From an uncultured Acetobacteraceae bacterium (GTDB lineage: Bacteria; Pseudomonadota; Alphaproteobacteria; Acetobacterales; Acetobacteraceae), in contig CALMVO010000018.1 of NCBI GenBank assembly GCA_937873205.1, forward strand, positions 697 to 64,696: a DNA stretch of 64,000 nt. Reading direction: 5' to 3'. Shown here piece after piece: positions 49,123 through 58,856 of this stretch. The translations under genes were made by a program, and so were the position numbers. The notes beneath the pieces are model-generated. The model saw only the letters and a program-made list of their open reading frames with translations. It did no database searches and had not been told where the DNA came from. Position 1 is the stretch's first letter. Each line of letters opens with the position of its first letter.

Positions 49123-51249
49123 ATGAGCGATGTGAGCACCGTTCCCGCCGGCCCTGCCGGCGGCGGCCTCCTGCTACGCGGGTTCACGCTGCCGGGCGGC
49201 CGTTGGCGCGCCTATCTACCCGGGACCGATGTCGGGCTGGCGCTGGCGGTCGTGGCACTGCTCTCAATCCTGATCCTGCCGCTGCCGACGATGGTGCTCG
49301 ATCTCGGCCTGGCGCTGTCGGTGACGGCATCGGTGCTGGTGCTGATGGTCGCCCTGTTCCTGAAGCGACCACTCGACTTCACCAGCTTCCCGACCCTGCT
49401 GCTGCTCACCACGCTGCTCCGGCTGTCGCTCGAGGTCGCGACCACGCGCCTGATCCTCAGCCGCGGAAGCGAAGGGCCACTCGCCGCGGGGCACGTCGTG
49501 GCCGCGTTCGGCGGCTTCCTGATGGGCGGTGACGTCGTGATCGGCCTGATCCTGTTCACCATCCTGCTGGTAGTGAACTTCATGGTCATCACCAAGGGCT
49601 CCGGGCGCATCGCGGAAGTTGCTGCCCGCTTCAGCCTGGATGCGATGCCCGGCAAGCAGATGGCGATAGATGCCGAACTCTCGGCCGGCGCCATCACCGA
49701 CAAGGTCGCGCGCGTGCGCCGCCGCGAGCTCGAGGAGGAGAGTGGCTTCTACGGCGCGATGGACGGTGCCGCGAAGTTCGTGCGCGGCGATGCGATCGCC
49801 TCGCTCATGATCACCGTCATCAACATCATCGGCGGGCTGGCAATCGGCATCGGCCGGCACGGCATGGCGTTCGGGGATGCGGCCTCAACCTTCACGACGC
49901 TGACCGTCGGCGACGGGCTGGTCTCCCAAATTCCAGCCCTCATCGTTTCCACGGCCTCGGGCATCGTCGTCACCAAGGGCGGCACCGAGGGTGCCGCGGA
50001 CGTGGCGCTCGTGCGCCAGCTCGGCGGCAATCCGAAGCCGATGGCGATGGCCGCCGCTACGGCGGTGGTGCTGGCGCTGATGCCGGGCCTCCCCGCACTT
50101 CCATTCCTAGCCTTTGGCGGCCTCGCTGGAGGTGCGGCCTGGCTGCGGCACCGCACGCCGGCGCGTATCGAGAGTGAGGACGAGGCGGCCTCGATCGTCT
50201 CGACAGCGCCGGCGGAGCCGCCGATCGCAGATGCCATGCGCATCGATATGATCCGGCTCGAGCTCGGCTACGGGCTGCTGCCGCTGGCGGGCGGCGATCA
50301 GCCCAAGCTTACGGAACAGATCCGGGCGCTGCGCCGCACCATCGCCACCGAAATGGGCTTCGTGCTGCCGCCGGTCCGCATCCAGGACAACATGCAGCTC
50401 GGCGCCGACGGGTATTCGATCCGGATCAAGGAGATCGAGGCTGGCAAGGGCGAGCTGCGGCCGACCCGCTTCCTCGTCATGGACCCGCGTGGAGGCGTGC
50501 CCGACCTGCCGGGCGAGCGCACCACGGAGCCGGCGTTCGGTCTTACCGCGCTCTGGGTCGATGCGGCGCATCGCGAGGAGGCGATGGTGCGCGGATGCAC
50601 CGTCGTGGACCCGGTCAGCGTGCTGACCACCCACCTGACCGAGACCGTGCGCGAAACGATGGCAGAGCTGCTGTCCTATTCCGAGACGCAGAAGCTGCTG
50701 GACGAGCTGCCGCGCGAGCAGCAGAAGCTGGTCGCGGACCTGATCCCGTCGCAGATCTCGATGGGTGCCGTGCAGCGCATCCTGCAAGCGCTGCTGTCGG
50801 AACGAATCTCTATCCGCGACCTACCAACCATCCTGGAGGGCATCCAGGAAGCATGCGGTGCCGGCCTGCGCGCCGTGCCGTTGGTCGTGGCGCACGTCCG
50901 CGCGCGCCTGGCCCGCCAGATCAGCGACGCTCTCGTGGGCGCCGCTGGCTATATCCCGCTGATCCCGCTCTCGATCGAATGGGAGGAGGCGTTCCTGGAG
51001 AGCCTGGTCGGACCGCCCGAGGACCGTCAGCTGGCGATGGCCCCGAGCCGGCTGAACGAGTTCATCGGCCGCCTGCGCGCCGCGCTCGACGCCGCGTCGG
51101 CGACCGGCGAGTCGCCGGTGGTGCTCACCAGCAGTGGGATTCGCGCACCGGTCCGTGCCATCGTCGAGCGGCTGCGGCCGGCGACCCCGGTCCTGGCGCA
51201 GGCGGAGATCTTTCCGCGTGCTCGCATCCGCACGATCGGAACGATATGA
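49123..51249 (+). CDS. flhA: Flagellar export gate protein
   Basis: FPTLLL, ITKGSGRIAEVAARFSLDAMPGKQMAID, FYGAMDGAAKFVRGDA, VGDGLV, ERISIRDL. Confidence 0.97.
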   Translation: MSDVSTVPAGPAGGGLLLRGFTLPGGRWRAYLPGTDVGLALAVVALLSILILPLPTMVLDLGLALSVTASVLVLMVALFLKRPLDFTSFPTLLLLTTLLRLSLEVATTRLILSRGSEGPLAAGHVVAAFGGFLMGGDVVIGLILFTILLVVNFMVITKGSGRIAEVAARFSLDAMPGKQMAIDAELSAGAITDKVARVRRRELEEESGFYGAMDGAAKFVRGDAIASLMITVINIIGGLAIGIGRHGMAFGDAASTFTTLTVGDGLVSQIPALIVSTASGIVVTKGGTEGAADVALVRQLGGNPKPMAMAAATAVVLALMPGLPALPFLAFGGLAGGAAWLRHRTPARIESEDEAASIVSTAPAEPPIADAMRIDMIRLELGYGLLPLAGGDQPKLTEQIRALRRTIATEMGFVLPPVRIQDNMQLGADGYSIRIKEIEAGKGELRPTRFLVMDPRGGVPDLPGERTTEPAFGLTALWVDAAHREEAMVRGCTVVDPVSVLTTHLTETVRETMAELLSYSETQKLLDELPREQQKLVADLIPSQISMGAVQRILQALLSERISIRDLPTILEGIQEACGAGLRAVPLVVAHVRARLARQISDALVGAAGYIPLIPLSIEWEEAFLESLVGPPEDRQLAMAPSRLNEFIGRLRAALDAASATGESPVVLTSSGIRAPVRAIVERLRPATPVLAQAEIFPRARIRTIGTI

Positions 51250-51291
51250 GCGCTTCCGCTGCCCTGATCGCGTCCGGCTGGAGCCGATCCG

Positions 51292-52365
51292 ATGCGCATT
51301 AGGATCTTCCGGGCGACCAGCCTGGCCGAGGCGATGGCTCAAGTGCGAGACGAGCTCGGCCTCGACGCGCTCATTCTGTCCACCGCCAACCAGGGTGGCC
51401 TGGTGGAGGTGACTGCGGCGCTAGAGCCCGAGGATGAACCGGAGCCGCTCGAGCTACGCGGGTCGCGTATGCTGCCGGAACGGCCTGTCTTCGACACGCC
51501 GGAACCCGTCGCTGCGCTTGCACGACACAACCTGCCTCCTGCCCTGCTAGCCGCGCTGTTGTCGGCAGCGCACACAACGACGCTCGAGGTCGGCTGCAGC
51601 CGGCTGTTCCGCTTCGGCCGGTTGCCGCTCGACGCCGACGGGCCGCCGCTCCTGCTGGCGGGGCCGCCGGGCGCCGGCAAGACGCTCACGGTTGCCAAGC
51701 TGGCGACGCGACTGGTCATGGATGGCCATCGGCCGCTCGTGATCACCGCGGACGAGCAGCGCGCCGGAGCGATCGAGCAGCTGGCGGCCTTCACGCGCCT
51801 GCTCGGCCTCACGTTGATCGCGGCCGGCCGTCCCGAGATGCTGGGGCGGGCACTGTCGCGCCGCGAGCCGCGCTCGCCGGTGCTGGTCGACGCGCCGGGG
51901 CTCGACCTCTTCGATCCGGCGCAGAACGATCTGCTGACCAGCCTCGTCGCCGTGTCCGGCGCTCGCATGGCGGTCGTGCTACCGACGGGGATCGATCCGC
52001 TGGAAGCGGCCGACATCGCCGCCGCGCACGCGGATCGGGGGGCCGAACTGCTCGTCGCGACCAGGGTCGGACGGCATGGCCGGCTCGGCGGCTTGCTGGC
52101 GGCGGCGCACGGCGCCGACCTGGCGCTGACCGAGGCCGGAACCAGTGCAGACGTGTCCGACGGCCTAATCACGTTCACCCCAGCTGTCCTGGCCGCGCAG
52201 CTCTCGCAGCCGCTTCCGGCACGGGACGTGCCGCCGCGACGGCCGGCCGATGTGGCCGCGCCAGCACCCTTGGCCGTTCCGCCCACGGGCCGCGGCACGC
52301 TTGCCCTGCACATTGCCGCCCAGGCCGGCGGCGCCCGACTCCCCTTGTGGAAGACGAACCCATGA
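51292..52365 (+). CDS. flhF: FlhF-like SRP-family GTPase
   Basis: MRIRIFRATSLAEAMAQVRDELG, GPPGAGKT, RAGAIEQL, LVDAPG; between flhA and a MinD-like gene. Confidence 0.85.
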   Translation: MRIRIFRATSLAEAMAQVRDELGLDALILSTANQGGLVEVTAALEPEDEPEPLELRGSRMLPERPVFDTPEPVAALARHNLPPALLAALLSAAHTTTLEVGCSRLFRFGRLPLDADGPPLLLAGPPGAGKTLTVAKLATRLVMDGHRPLVITADEQRAGAIEQLAAFTRLLGLTLIAAGRPEMLGRALSRREPRSPVLVDAPGLDLFDPAQNDLLTSLVAVSGARMAVVLPTGIDPLEAADIAAAHADRGAELLVATRVGRHGRLGGLLAAAHGADLALTEAGTSADVSDGLITFTPAVLAAQLSQPLPARDVPPRRPADVAAPAPLAVPPTGRGTLALHIAAQAGGARLPLWKTNP

Positions 52366-53234
52366 TCTCCATGCTGCAGGTCAAGCCCGATCCGTCGGAC
52401 CGGCTCGACGCACCGACGGCGGTCGCGAAGCCGGCCGCGGCTCGCCTGATCGCCGTAGCCTCCGGCAAGGGCGGCGTCGGTAAGACCTGGCTGTCGATCA
52501 CCTTGGCCCAAAGCCTGGCGGCGCGGGGCAGTGCCGTTCTGCTCGTCGACGGCGATCTCGGGCTGGCGAACGTCGATATCCAGCTCGGCTTGACGCCGCG
52601 CCAGGACCTGTCCGCGGTGTTGTCCGGACGACGCCGCCTGGACGAGGTCATCGTGCGGCACGCTCCCGCAGATACGCCGGCGATGGCATTCGACATCCTG
52701 CCAGGCCGATCGGGCGCCGCCTCGCTGGCCTCGCTGGAGCTCGGGCTGCTTGACCGGCTGCTGCAGACAATCCGTGGCCTCGACGGCTATGACGTGGTAC
52801 TGCTGGATCTGGGTGCCGGCATCGATCCCGCCACGCGCTTCATGGCCGCATGCGCCGACACGCTGCTGGTGGTCTCAACCGACGAGCCCACAGCCCTCGC
52901 CGACGCCTATGCAGTCCTCAAGCTGCAGGCGCGCGACCGGCTGGCACGCAGCACCGGACCGGGAACGATACCGCCCTCATCCTCCGCGTCGGACGTGCGC
53001 CTGGTCATCAACCAGTCGAGCAGTCTCGCGAGCGGACGACGCACCTACGACGTGCTAGCACGCGCCTGCGTCACCTTCCTGGGCGGAGCGCCGCCCCTGG
53101 CCGGCATCATCAGGCGCGACGGCCGGGTCAGCGATGCAATCCGGCGCCAGACGACGCTGCTGGCACGTCATCCCAACGCGCCGGCTGCGGAGGATGTCGG
53201 CCGAATCGCCGACGGCCTGGCCGCCGGACGCTGA
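52362..53234 (+). CDS. flhG: MinD/ParA-family flagellar number regulator (FlhG/FleN-like)
   Basis: ASGKGGVGKT, DGDLGLANVD, LLDLGAG, EPTALADAYA, DAIRRQ. Confidence 0.88.
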   Translation: MISMLQVKPDPSDRLDAPTAVAKPAAARLIAVASGKGGVGKTWLSITLAQSLAARGSAVLLVDGDLGLANVDIQLGLTPRQDLSAVLSGRRRLDEVIVRHAPADTPAMAFDILPGRSGAASLASLELGLLDRLLQTIRGLDGYDVVLLDLGAGIDPATRFMAACADTLLVVSTDEPTALADAYAVLKLQARDRLARSTGPGTIPPSSSASDVRLVINQSSSLASGRRTYDVLARACVTFLGGAPPLAGIIRRDGRVSDAIRRQTTLLARHPNAPAAEDVGRIADGLAAGR

Positions 53235-53350
53235 CCGGCACCCGGATGTCGCCATGCGACGGACGCGCTATCTCAGGCTGCAACCCATGTGAACTTCAAA
53301 GCGATGAACCCAGCATGGCAATCCAGACTGGCAGCGGCAGGCGACAGGAC

Positions 53351-53488
53351 ATGGCGACGGTCAACCCGTTCTTCGAGTTGTGGTTGGAAAACAATCTACA
53401 GCGTCTGTATAACCAGGCGCTCGCCGAGCCGGTGCCGGAGGAGTTGCTGCGGCTGATTGCCCCGCTCGGGGACATCCCGCACTCTTGA
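53351..53488 (+). CDS. NepR-like anti-sigma-factor domain small protein
   Basis: FELWLENNLQRLYNQALAEPVPEELLRLI resembles the NepR core (L..LY..V..EP.P..LL.L); alternative ATG at 53315. Confidence 0.65.
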   Translation: MATVNPFFELWLENNLQRLYNQALAEPVPEELLRLIAPLGDIPHS

Positions 53489-53551
53489 TGGGTTGGCTCC
53501 GGCCCGGCACAGTTTCGCGACGCTCAAGACAGATGTCGAGGAAGTCACGAT

Positions 53552-54400
53552 TTGCGCATCAGCGTGCTCCAGATGTCGCCCGGTAGCATCAAGTCCGACA
53601 ACATCGCGCAGGCGCGGCGACTGATTGAAAACTGCGTCATGAGCGATCGTCCAGATCTCGTCGTCCTGCCGGAAGTTTGGAGCTGCCTCGGTGGCGATCG
53701 GGAGACCCGCTTCGCCGCGGCGGAAATCATCCCGGCGATTGGGTCGAACGAAGTTGGCGGTGACGCCTTCGAGTTCTTGCGTCATACCGCCGCCACACAC
53801 GGGATCCACGTGCATGGCGGATCGATCGGAGAACGGGACGGTGACCGTCTGCTGAACACGAGCCTGCTGATCGACCCTTCTGGTCGATTAGCAGCCCGAT
53901 ACAGCAAGATCCATCTCTTCGACATCGTGACGCCAGGCGGTATCGGCTATCGCGAGAGCGATCTCTACCGGGCCGGCAAGGATGTGGTCACCACCGCGGT
54001 GACCGGGTCATTTGGGACCGTGCGTATCGGCCTTGCCATCTGCTACGACCTGCGCTTTGGCGAGCTGTTCCATCGGCTGCGGCTGGATGGCGCCGAGCTC
54101 ATAGTCTTGCCGGCCGCCTTTACCGCCGAGACCGGTGAGGCGCATTGGGAGACGCTGCTGCGTGCGCGCGCGATCGAGACCCAAAGCTGGTTCGCCGCTG
54201 CCGGCACCGTCGGGGCCCACTATGACGGCACCGGACGGCCGCATCAGACTTATGGACACTCCATGGTGATCGATCCGTGGGGCGTCGTGATTGCGCGAGC
54301 CTTCTCGGGCACCGGTTGGGCGACCGGGCGGCTCGACCAGGAACGGACGCGCCGTATTCGCGCCAACATGCCTGTCATGGATCACCGGCGGCTGCTTTGA
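53552..54400 (+). CDS. Carbon-nitrogen hydrolase, Nit1-like (deaminated glutathione amidase-like)
   Basis: Triad [18 protein letters not shown]; [24 protein letters not shown]; TTG start. Confidence 0.9.
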   Translation: MRISVLQMSPGSIKSDNIAQARRLIENCVMSDRPDLVVLPEVWSCLGGDRETRFAAAEIIPAIGSNEVGGDAFEFLRHTAATHGIHVHGGSIGERDGDRLLNTSLLIDPSGRLAARYSKIHLFDIVTPGGIGYRESDLYRAGKDVVTTAVTGSFGTVRIGLAICYDLRFGELFHRLRLDGAELIVLPAAFTAETGEAHWETLLRARAIETQSWFAAAGTVGAHYDGTGRPHQTYGHSMVIDPWGVVIARAFSGTGWATGRLDQERTRRIRANMPVMDHRRLL

Positions 54401-55218
54401 GCCAGCCTGCCCGATCAGGCGAACCTCGCGCCGCGCTGTGGTCGCCGGACGCCGTACCCACGCGGCTCGCCTTCGTGGCGGCTGCAAACACGCTCTCGCA
54501 GATGGCGATGCGGCGGTTCGAGATGCTCTATGGCAACGTTCCGGTCGAGCAGGCTGAAGCTCTGATCTGCCTGGGCGGTGACGGCTTCATGCTGGAGACG
54601 CTGCACACCGTCCTGCTATGCGGCACGCCGGTCTACGGCATCAATTGCGGCTCGGTCGGCTTCCTGATGAACCCGTTGATTGAGGAGAACCTGCCGCAAC
54701 GATTGGCGCGTACCCAGGCAGCGGTGCTGCATCCGCTCAGGATGCATGCGGTCACGCAGTCCGGCTTGGTCGAGGAGGCCCTGGCGTTGAACGACGTGTT
54801 CCTGTTCCGGCAGACACGTCAGGCGGCCAAGATCCAGATCATGGTGGATGGCCGGATCAGGCTCCCCGAACTGGTCTGCGATGGCGTGCTGGTGTCGACC
54901 CCCGCCGGCTCGACTGCCTACAACCTATCCGCGCACGGCCCGATCGTGCCGCTCTCGGCCGACCTGCTGCCGCTGACGCCGATCAGCGCGTTCCGACCGC
55001 GGCGCTGGCGCGGCGCACTGTTGCCGAGTTCGGCCGACGTCGAGTTCAAGATCCTGGAAGGCGAGAAGCGGCCGGTGGCGGCGGTCGCGGATTTCACCGA
55101 GGTGAGGGACGTGGTGTCGGTGGCGGTCAGCGAGGATCGCAGCCTGGGCACCGTCGTGCTCTTCGATCCGGACCAGAGCCTGTCCGAGCGGATCATCGTC
55201 GAGCAATTCACCGTCTGA
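54397..55218 (+). CDS. nadK: NAD kinase
   Basis: [42 protein letters not shown]; start uncertain. Confidence 0.93.
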   Translation: MSQPARSGEPRAALWSPDAVPTRLAFVAAANTLSQMAMRRFEMLYGNVPVEQAEALICLGGDGFMLETLHTVLLCGTPVYGINCGSVGFLMNPLIEENLPQRLARTQAAVLHPLRMHAVTQSGLVEEALALNDVFLFRQTRQAAKIQIMVDGRIRLPELVCDGVLVSTPAGSTAYNLSAHGPIVPLSADLLPLTPISAFRPRRWRGALLPSSADVEFKILEGEKRPVAAVADFTEVRDVVSVAVSEDRSLGTVVLFDPDQSLSERIIVEQFTV

Positions 55219-55253
55219 GCGCATGGACGCCCAGACGGTGTGATGCTTCGCGT

Positions 55254-55991
55254 TCAGGCGACGGACAGCATCGAGCGTTCGATCTCGGCGACTGGGCGGG
55301 CTGGTGCCGCGGTCGGCACGGCGTCGTCGCGGAGCATGTAGCCGCGTCCCCAGATGGTGCCGATGAGGTTGCCCGCGCCGGCCAGCTGCAGCTTCTTGCG
55401 CAGCTTGCAGATGAAGACGTCGATGATCTTCATCTCGGGCTCGTCCATGCCGCCGTAGAGGTGGTTCAGGAAGGCGTCCTTGGTCAGTACGATACCCTTG
55501 CGGAGCACGAGCAGCTCAAGGATCGAATATTCCTTGCCAGTGAGGTGGACGGTTCGGCTGTCCACCGTCACCTCGCGGCTGTCGAGGTTGAGCTGGAGGT
55601 TGGAGACCTGCACCACCGGCGCCGCATAGCCCTTGCTGCGCCGCAGGATGGCGTGGACCCGCGCCATGAGCTCGGTCGGGTCAAATGGCTTACTTACCAC
55701 GTCGTCGGCGCCAGCGGAGAAGGCGCGGATGCGGGCGGCGGCCTGGGTGGCGTCGGACAGCACGATGGCCGGAACCGGATGGCGGGCGTGGCGCATACGG
55801 CGGACGAGGTCGGCACCGTCCATGTCCGGCAGCACGAGATCGAGCAGCGCCACATCGTAGTCGTAGTGGCGGAGCATCTCGAGCGCCTCCTCGCCGAGAT
55901 CGGTATGATCGACCATGAAGCCGGCATTTTGCAGGATCCGGGTCAGGCCCTGCGCGGCCGCGACGTTACCCTCAACGAGAAGAACCCTCAT
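55254..55991 (-). CDS. ctrA: Cell-cycle response regulator CtrA
   Basis: D51 in LLDLVLPD; DNA-binding domain LTGKEYSILELL, FLNHLYGGMDEPEMKIIDVFICKLRKKL, IGTIWGRGY; divergent from fliI. Confidence 0.95.
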   Translation of the reverse strand: MRVLLVEGNVAAAQGLTRILQNAGFMVDHTDLGEEALEMLRHYDYDVALLDLVLPDMDGADLVRRMRHARHPVPAIVLSDATQAAARIRAFSAGADDVVSKPFDPTELMARVHAILRRSKGYAAPVVQVSNLQLNLDSREVTVDSRTVHLTGKEYSILELLVLRKGIVLTKDAFLNHLYGGMDEPEMKIIDVFICKLRKKLQLAGAGNLIGTIWGRGYMLRDDAVPTAAPARPVAEIERSMLSVA

Positions 55992-56083
55992 GACTGCTAC
56001 CCCTGGTTTTGTTGACCGAAAGTTACTACCTATGGGTGTAGTCGGCAAGCGGTTTCTGTTTGGGTAGCGAATTATTTCGGTCG

Positions 56084-56098
56084 TGAACGTCTCGTTAA
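56084..56098. promoter_or_regulatory. Near-consensus CtrA box between ctrA and fliI
   Basis: TGAA-CGTCTCG-TTAA. Confidence 0.55.
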
Positions 56099-56163
56099 TG
56101 TTCTTCTGGTGAAATGCTTCCGGCTCGTCGCATTTTTCGGACGATCCAGCCGCCGCTGGAGTG

Positions 56164-57549
56164 ATGCTGCATATGCCAGATCTGGAAACCCACCTCGAGG
56201 CCGTCCGCGACAAGCTGGCTTCGCTGCCGCCGGCTTGGATCGCTGGTCGGGTCGCGGGGATCTCTGGGCTGACGGTCGAGCTGGCGGGCCTGAACAACCA
56301 CGTCACGGTCGGCGATCGCATCGCGCTGACCCCCAGAGCCGGGCCGTCGGTGCCGGCGGAAATCATCGGCTTCCGCAATGGACGCGCCAGCGCCATGGTC
56401 TATGGCGCGGTGGACGGGTTGGGCCCCGGGAGCGTCGCTGACGTGCCGTTCGGCGGTGGCGATGCCACCCGCGGTGGCAGCCTGGCGGTTTCCGACCGCT
56501 GGCTCGGGCGCGTGATCGATCCGCTGGGCCGGCCACTCGACGGCAAGGGTCCGCTGCCTCGCGGCACCAAGCCGCGCTCCTTGAAGGCGACTCCGCCGGA
56601 CGCCACCACGCGGGCGCGGCTTGGGCCGCGGCTGGACCTCGGCGTGCGTGTGCTCAACAGCTTCACGACCTGCCGAACCGGGCAGCGGTTGGGGCTGTTC
56701 GCCGGCTCGGGCGTCGGTAAGTCGACGCTGCTCTCGATGCTGGCCCGCCACACCGACTGCGATGTGGCGGTGATCTCACTGGTCGGCGAACGCGGCCGCG
56801 AGGTCAGGGAATTCCTCGAGGACGATCTGGGCGAGGCCGGGCTGGCGCGCTCGGTCGTGGTCGTCGCCACCTCGGACACGCCGCCGCTGATGCGCCGCGA
56901 GGCGGCCTATGCGGCGATGGCGGTGGCGGAGCATTTCCGCGACGAGGGCAAGTCGGTGCTGCTGCTGATGGACAGCGTCACCCGCTTCTGCCTGGCGCTG
57001 CGCGAGATCGGGCTGTCCGCGGGAGAGCCGCCGGCAACACGCGGTTATCCCCCCAGTGTGTTCGCGGAGCTGCCGCGCCTATTGGAGCGTGCGGGGCCCG
57101 GTCCTCTGCTGCCTGACCGTATGGCCGGCCAGATCACCGCCCTTTTTACCGTGTTGGTGGAGGGGGACGATCACAACGAGCCGGTCGCGGACGCGGTGCG
57201 CGGCATCCTCGACGGTCACGTCGTGATGGACCGGCGCATCGGCGAAGCGGGCCGCTATCCGGCTGTAGACGTGCTCCGCTCGCTCTCGCGTTCGGTGCCT
57301 GGTTGCAACAGCGACGACGAGAACGGCATGACCAGGCGGGCGCGGGCGCTGCTGGCGCTGCATGCCGACATGGCGGACATGGTCCGGCTGGGCGCCTACA
57401 AGGCCGGAAGCGATCCCGCCGTTGACGAAGCTGTAGCGCTGGCGCCGCGGATCGAAGCGATGCTGCGGCAGGGACGCGCGGATTACAGCTCGATCGCTGA
57501 GAGCTTCGCGGCGCTCGCGGCCGCAATGAGCCCGGGACGTACGGCGTGA
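56164..57549 (+). CDS. fliI: Flagellar export ATPase
   Basis: GLFAGSGVGKS, GERGREV, LMDSVTRF, GYPPSVF, RGILDGH. Confidence 0.96.
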   Translation: MLHMPDLETHLEAVRDKLASLPPAWIAGRVAGISGLTVELAGLNNHVTVGDRIALTPRAGPSVPAEIIGFRNGRASAMVYGAVDGLGPGSVADVPFGGGDATRGGSLAVSDRWLGRVIDPLGRPLDGKGPLPRGTKPRSLKATPPDATTRARLGPRLDLGVRVLNSFTTCRTGQRLGLFAGSGVGKSTLLSMLARHTDCDVAVISLVGERGREVREFLEDDLGEAGLARSVVVVATSDTPPLMRREAAYAAMAVAEHFRDEGKSVLLLMDSVTRFCLALREIGLSAGEPPATRGYPPSVFAELPRLLERAGPGPLLPDRMAGQITALFTVLVEGDDHNEPVADAVRGILDGHVVMDRRIGEAGRYPAVDVLRSLSRSVPGCNSDDENGMTRRARALLALHADMADMVRLGAYKAGSDPAVDEAVALAPRIEAMLRQGRADYSSIAESFAALAAAMSPGRTA

Positions 57550-57965
57550 AGCGCGATCCGCTGCGAACCATGCTGCGCATCCGCAAGGCAACCCTGGACG
57601 AGGCGCAGAAGGCGGTCGGAGAGGCATATCGACGAGAACAAGAGGCCGGCACCCGCGCGCAGGCCGCTGCAGCCTCCCTCGAACGCGAGATGAAAGCGGC
57701 CACCAGCCTGGTCGGCGGTGACGACGCCGTCGAAAGCTTCGCCCGCTGGCTGCCGGTCGGCCGCCGGACGGTCGCGCAGGCTCGGGATGCGCAGAGGGCG
57801 GCCACGACCGAGCTGGACCGGGCACGGGCCGTACTCGCACTTGCGCGTGCGGCGGTCAGCGCAGTCGAGTCGCTGATCGAGCAGCGTCAGGTAGAGGAGC
57901 GCGCCGAGGAAGGGCGAAAGGAGCAGCTTATTCTAGACGAGGTAGGACGTCGCCAACCATCATAA
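57546..57965 (+). CDS. fliJ: Flagellar export protein FliJ-like
   Basis: Coiled-coil ORF overlapping the fliI stop; RKEQLILDEVG tail. Confidence 0.8.
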   Translation: MKRDPLRTMLRIRKATLDEAQKAVGEAYRREQEAGTRAQAAAASLEREMKAATSLVGGDDAVESFARWLPVGRRTVAQARDAQRAATTELDRARAVLALARAAVSAVESLIEQRQVEERAEEGRKEQLILDEVGRRQPS

Positions 57966-58020
57966 GGACATCGCGACGCCTTCCTTCAACGCCGCAGGCC
58001 TCAGCTCTCGCACCAAGCAA

Positions 58021-58068
58021 ACGGGTCCCAAGGCCAGCTTTTGGCGGGATCCAGGGGCGGCGCCCCCG
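58021..58068 (-). repeat. Diverged REP-like element between convergent genes
   Basis: Reverse complement GGGGGCGCCGCCCCTGGATCCCGCCAAAAGCTGGCCTTGGGACCCGT. Confidence 0.7.
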
Positions 58069-58074
58069 TCCTCC

Positions 58075-58500
58075 CTACTTTCGCCGACGGCGCAACACCC
58101 AGCGCACCCCGGACCAAGCCGTCCGGCCGGCGTAACGGCCGGCAGGGCCTGTCACCGCCGTCAAGGCGACGGCATTGCGAAGCTCGGACAGCGACCTGTC
58201 CCGCGTGATACGGGCCTCGACTTCGATCGGATCGGCGAGTCGGCTGCGGCCGAGGAGCAGCAGGATGCCGATTGTCACCACGTCGACCGCGAGCACAATC
58301 ACGGTGGCCCAAACCCGGCCTGTATTCCAGGGCCCGTCGCAGACCACCCACAGCAGGACGTGAACCACCCCCAGGGCGAATAGACCGACGATGGCGGCAG
58401 CGGCCAGGAACGCGACCTGTTTGCCGTAACGCAGGATCTGCCGCTTGATCCGAAGTGCCTCGGCGGCCGCGGCAATCCGCGTGAGATCGACGACCTTCAT
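58075..58500 (-). CDS. YqjE/phage-holin-like two-TM membrane protein
   Basis: AAAAEALRIKR, two TM segments, DPIEVEARITRD; typical partner of DUF883 genes. Confidence 0.75.
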   Translation of the reverse strand: MKVVDLTRIAAAAEALRIKRQILRYGKQVAFLAAAAIVGLFALGVVHVLLWVVCDGPWNTGRVWATVIVLAVDVVTIGILLLLGRSRLADPIEVEARITRDRSLSELRNAVALTAVTGPAGRYAGRTAWSGVRWVLRRRRK

Positions 58501-58510
58501 GCGCGCGCAC

Positions 58511-58792
58511 TCATCGCGCGATGCGACCGAGCAGGTAGCCGACCGCTGTCGCGATGCCGATGGCGATGATCGGCTGGCTGCGGACCTGCGCCGACACGGT
58601 CTCGACCTGATTGGTCGTCATGGTCCGGGCGTTGTTGACGGCGGTCTCGGCGCGACCCGCCACATCCGCGATCGCCGGGGTGACGCGCTCGCTCAAAAGC
58701 TGCTCAACCTGATCGCGCAGGCTCTGGATCTGGTCCTGAGTGCTGTCGGTGACGTCGCTTACCTTGTCGGAGACCTTCTTGGAGAAACCCAT
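58511..58792 (-). CDS. DUF883/ElaB-like tail-anchored protein
   Basis: IQSLRDQVEQL, VRSQPIIAIGIATAVGYLLGRI. Confidence 0.82.
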   Translation of the reverse strand: MGFSKKVSDKVSDVTDSTQDQIQSLRDQVEQLLSERVTPAIADVAGRAETAVNNARTMTTNQVETVSAQVRSQPIIAIGIATAVGYLLGRIAR

Positions 58793-58821
58793 CGCCGCAT
58801 CCTCGCTGAACCGTGCTGTCG

Positions 58822-58846
58822 AACGTGGAGGTCCTGATCGGGTTGC
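58822..58846 (-). promoter_or_regulatory. Probable EcfG/SigT promoter GCAAC-N16-CGTT
   Basis: One mismatch to GGAAC-N16/17-CGTT, 30 nt upstream of the DUF883 gene. Confidence 0.5.
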
Positions 58847-58856
58847 ATCGACAACG

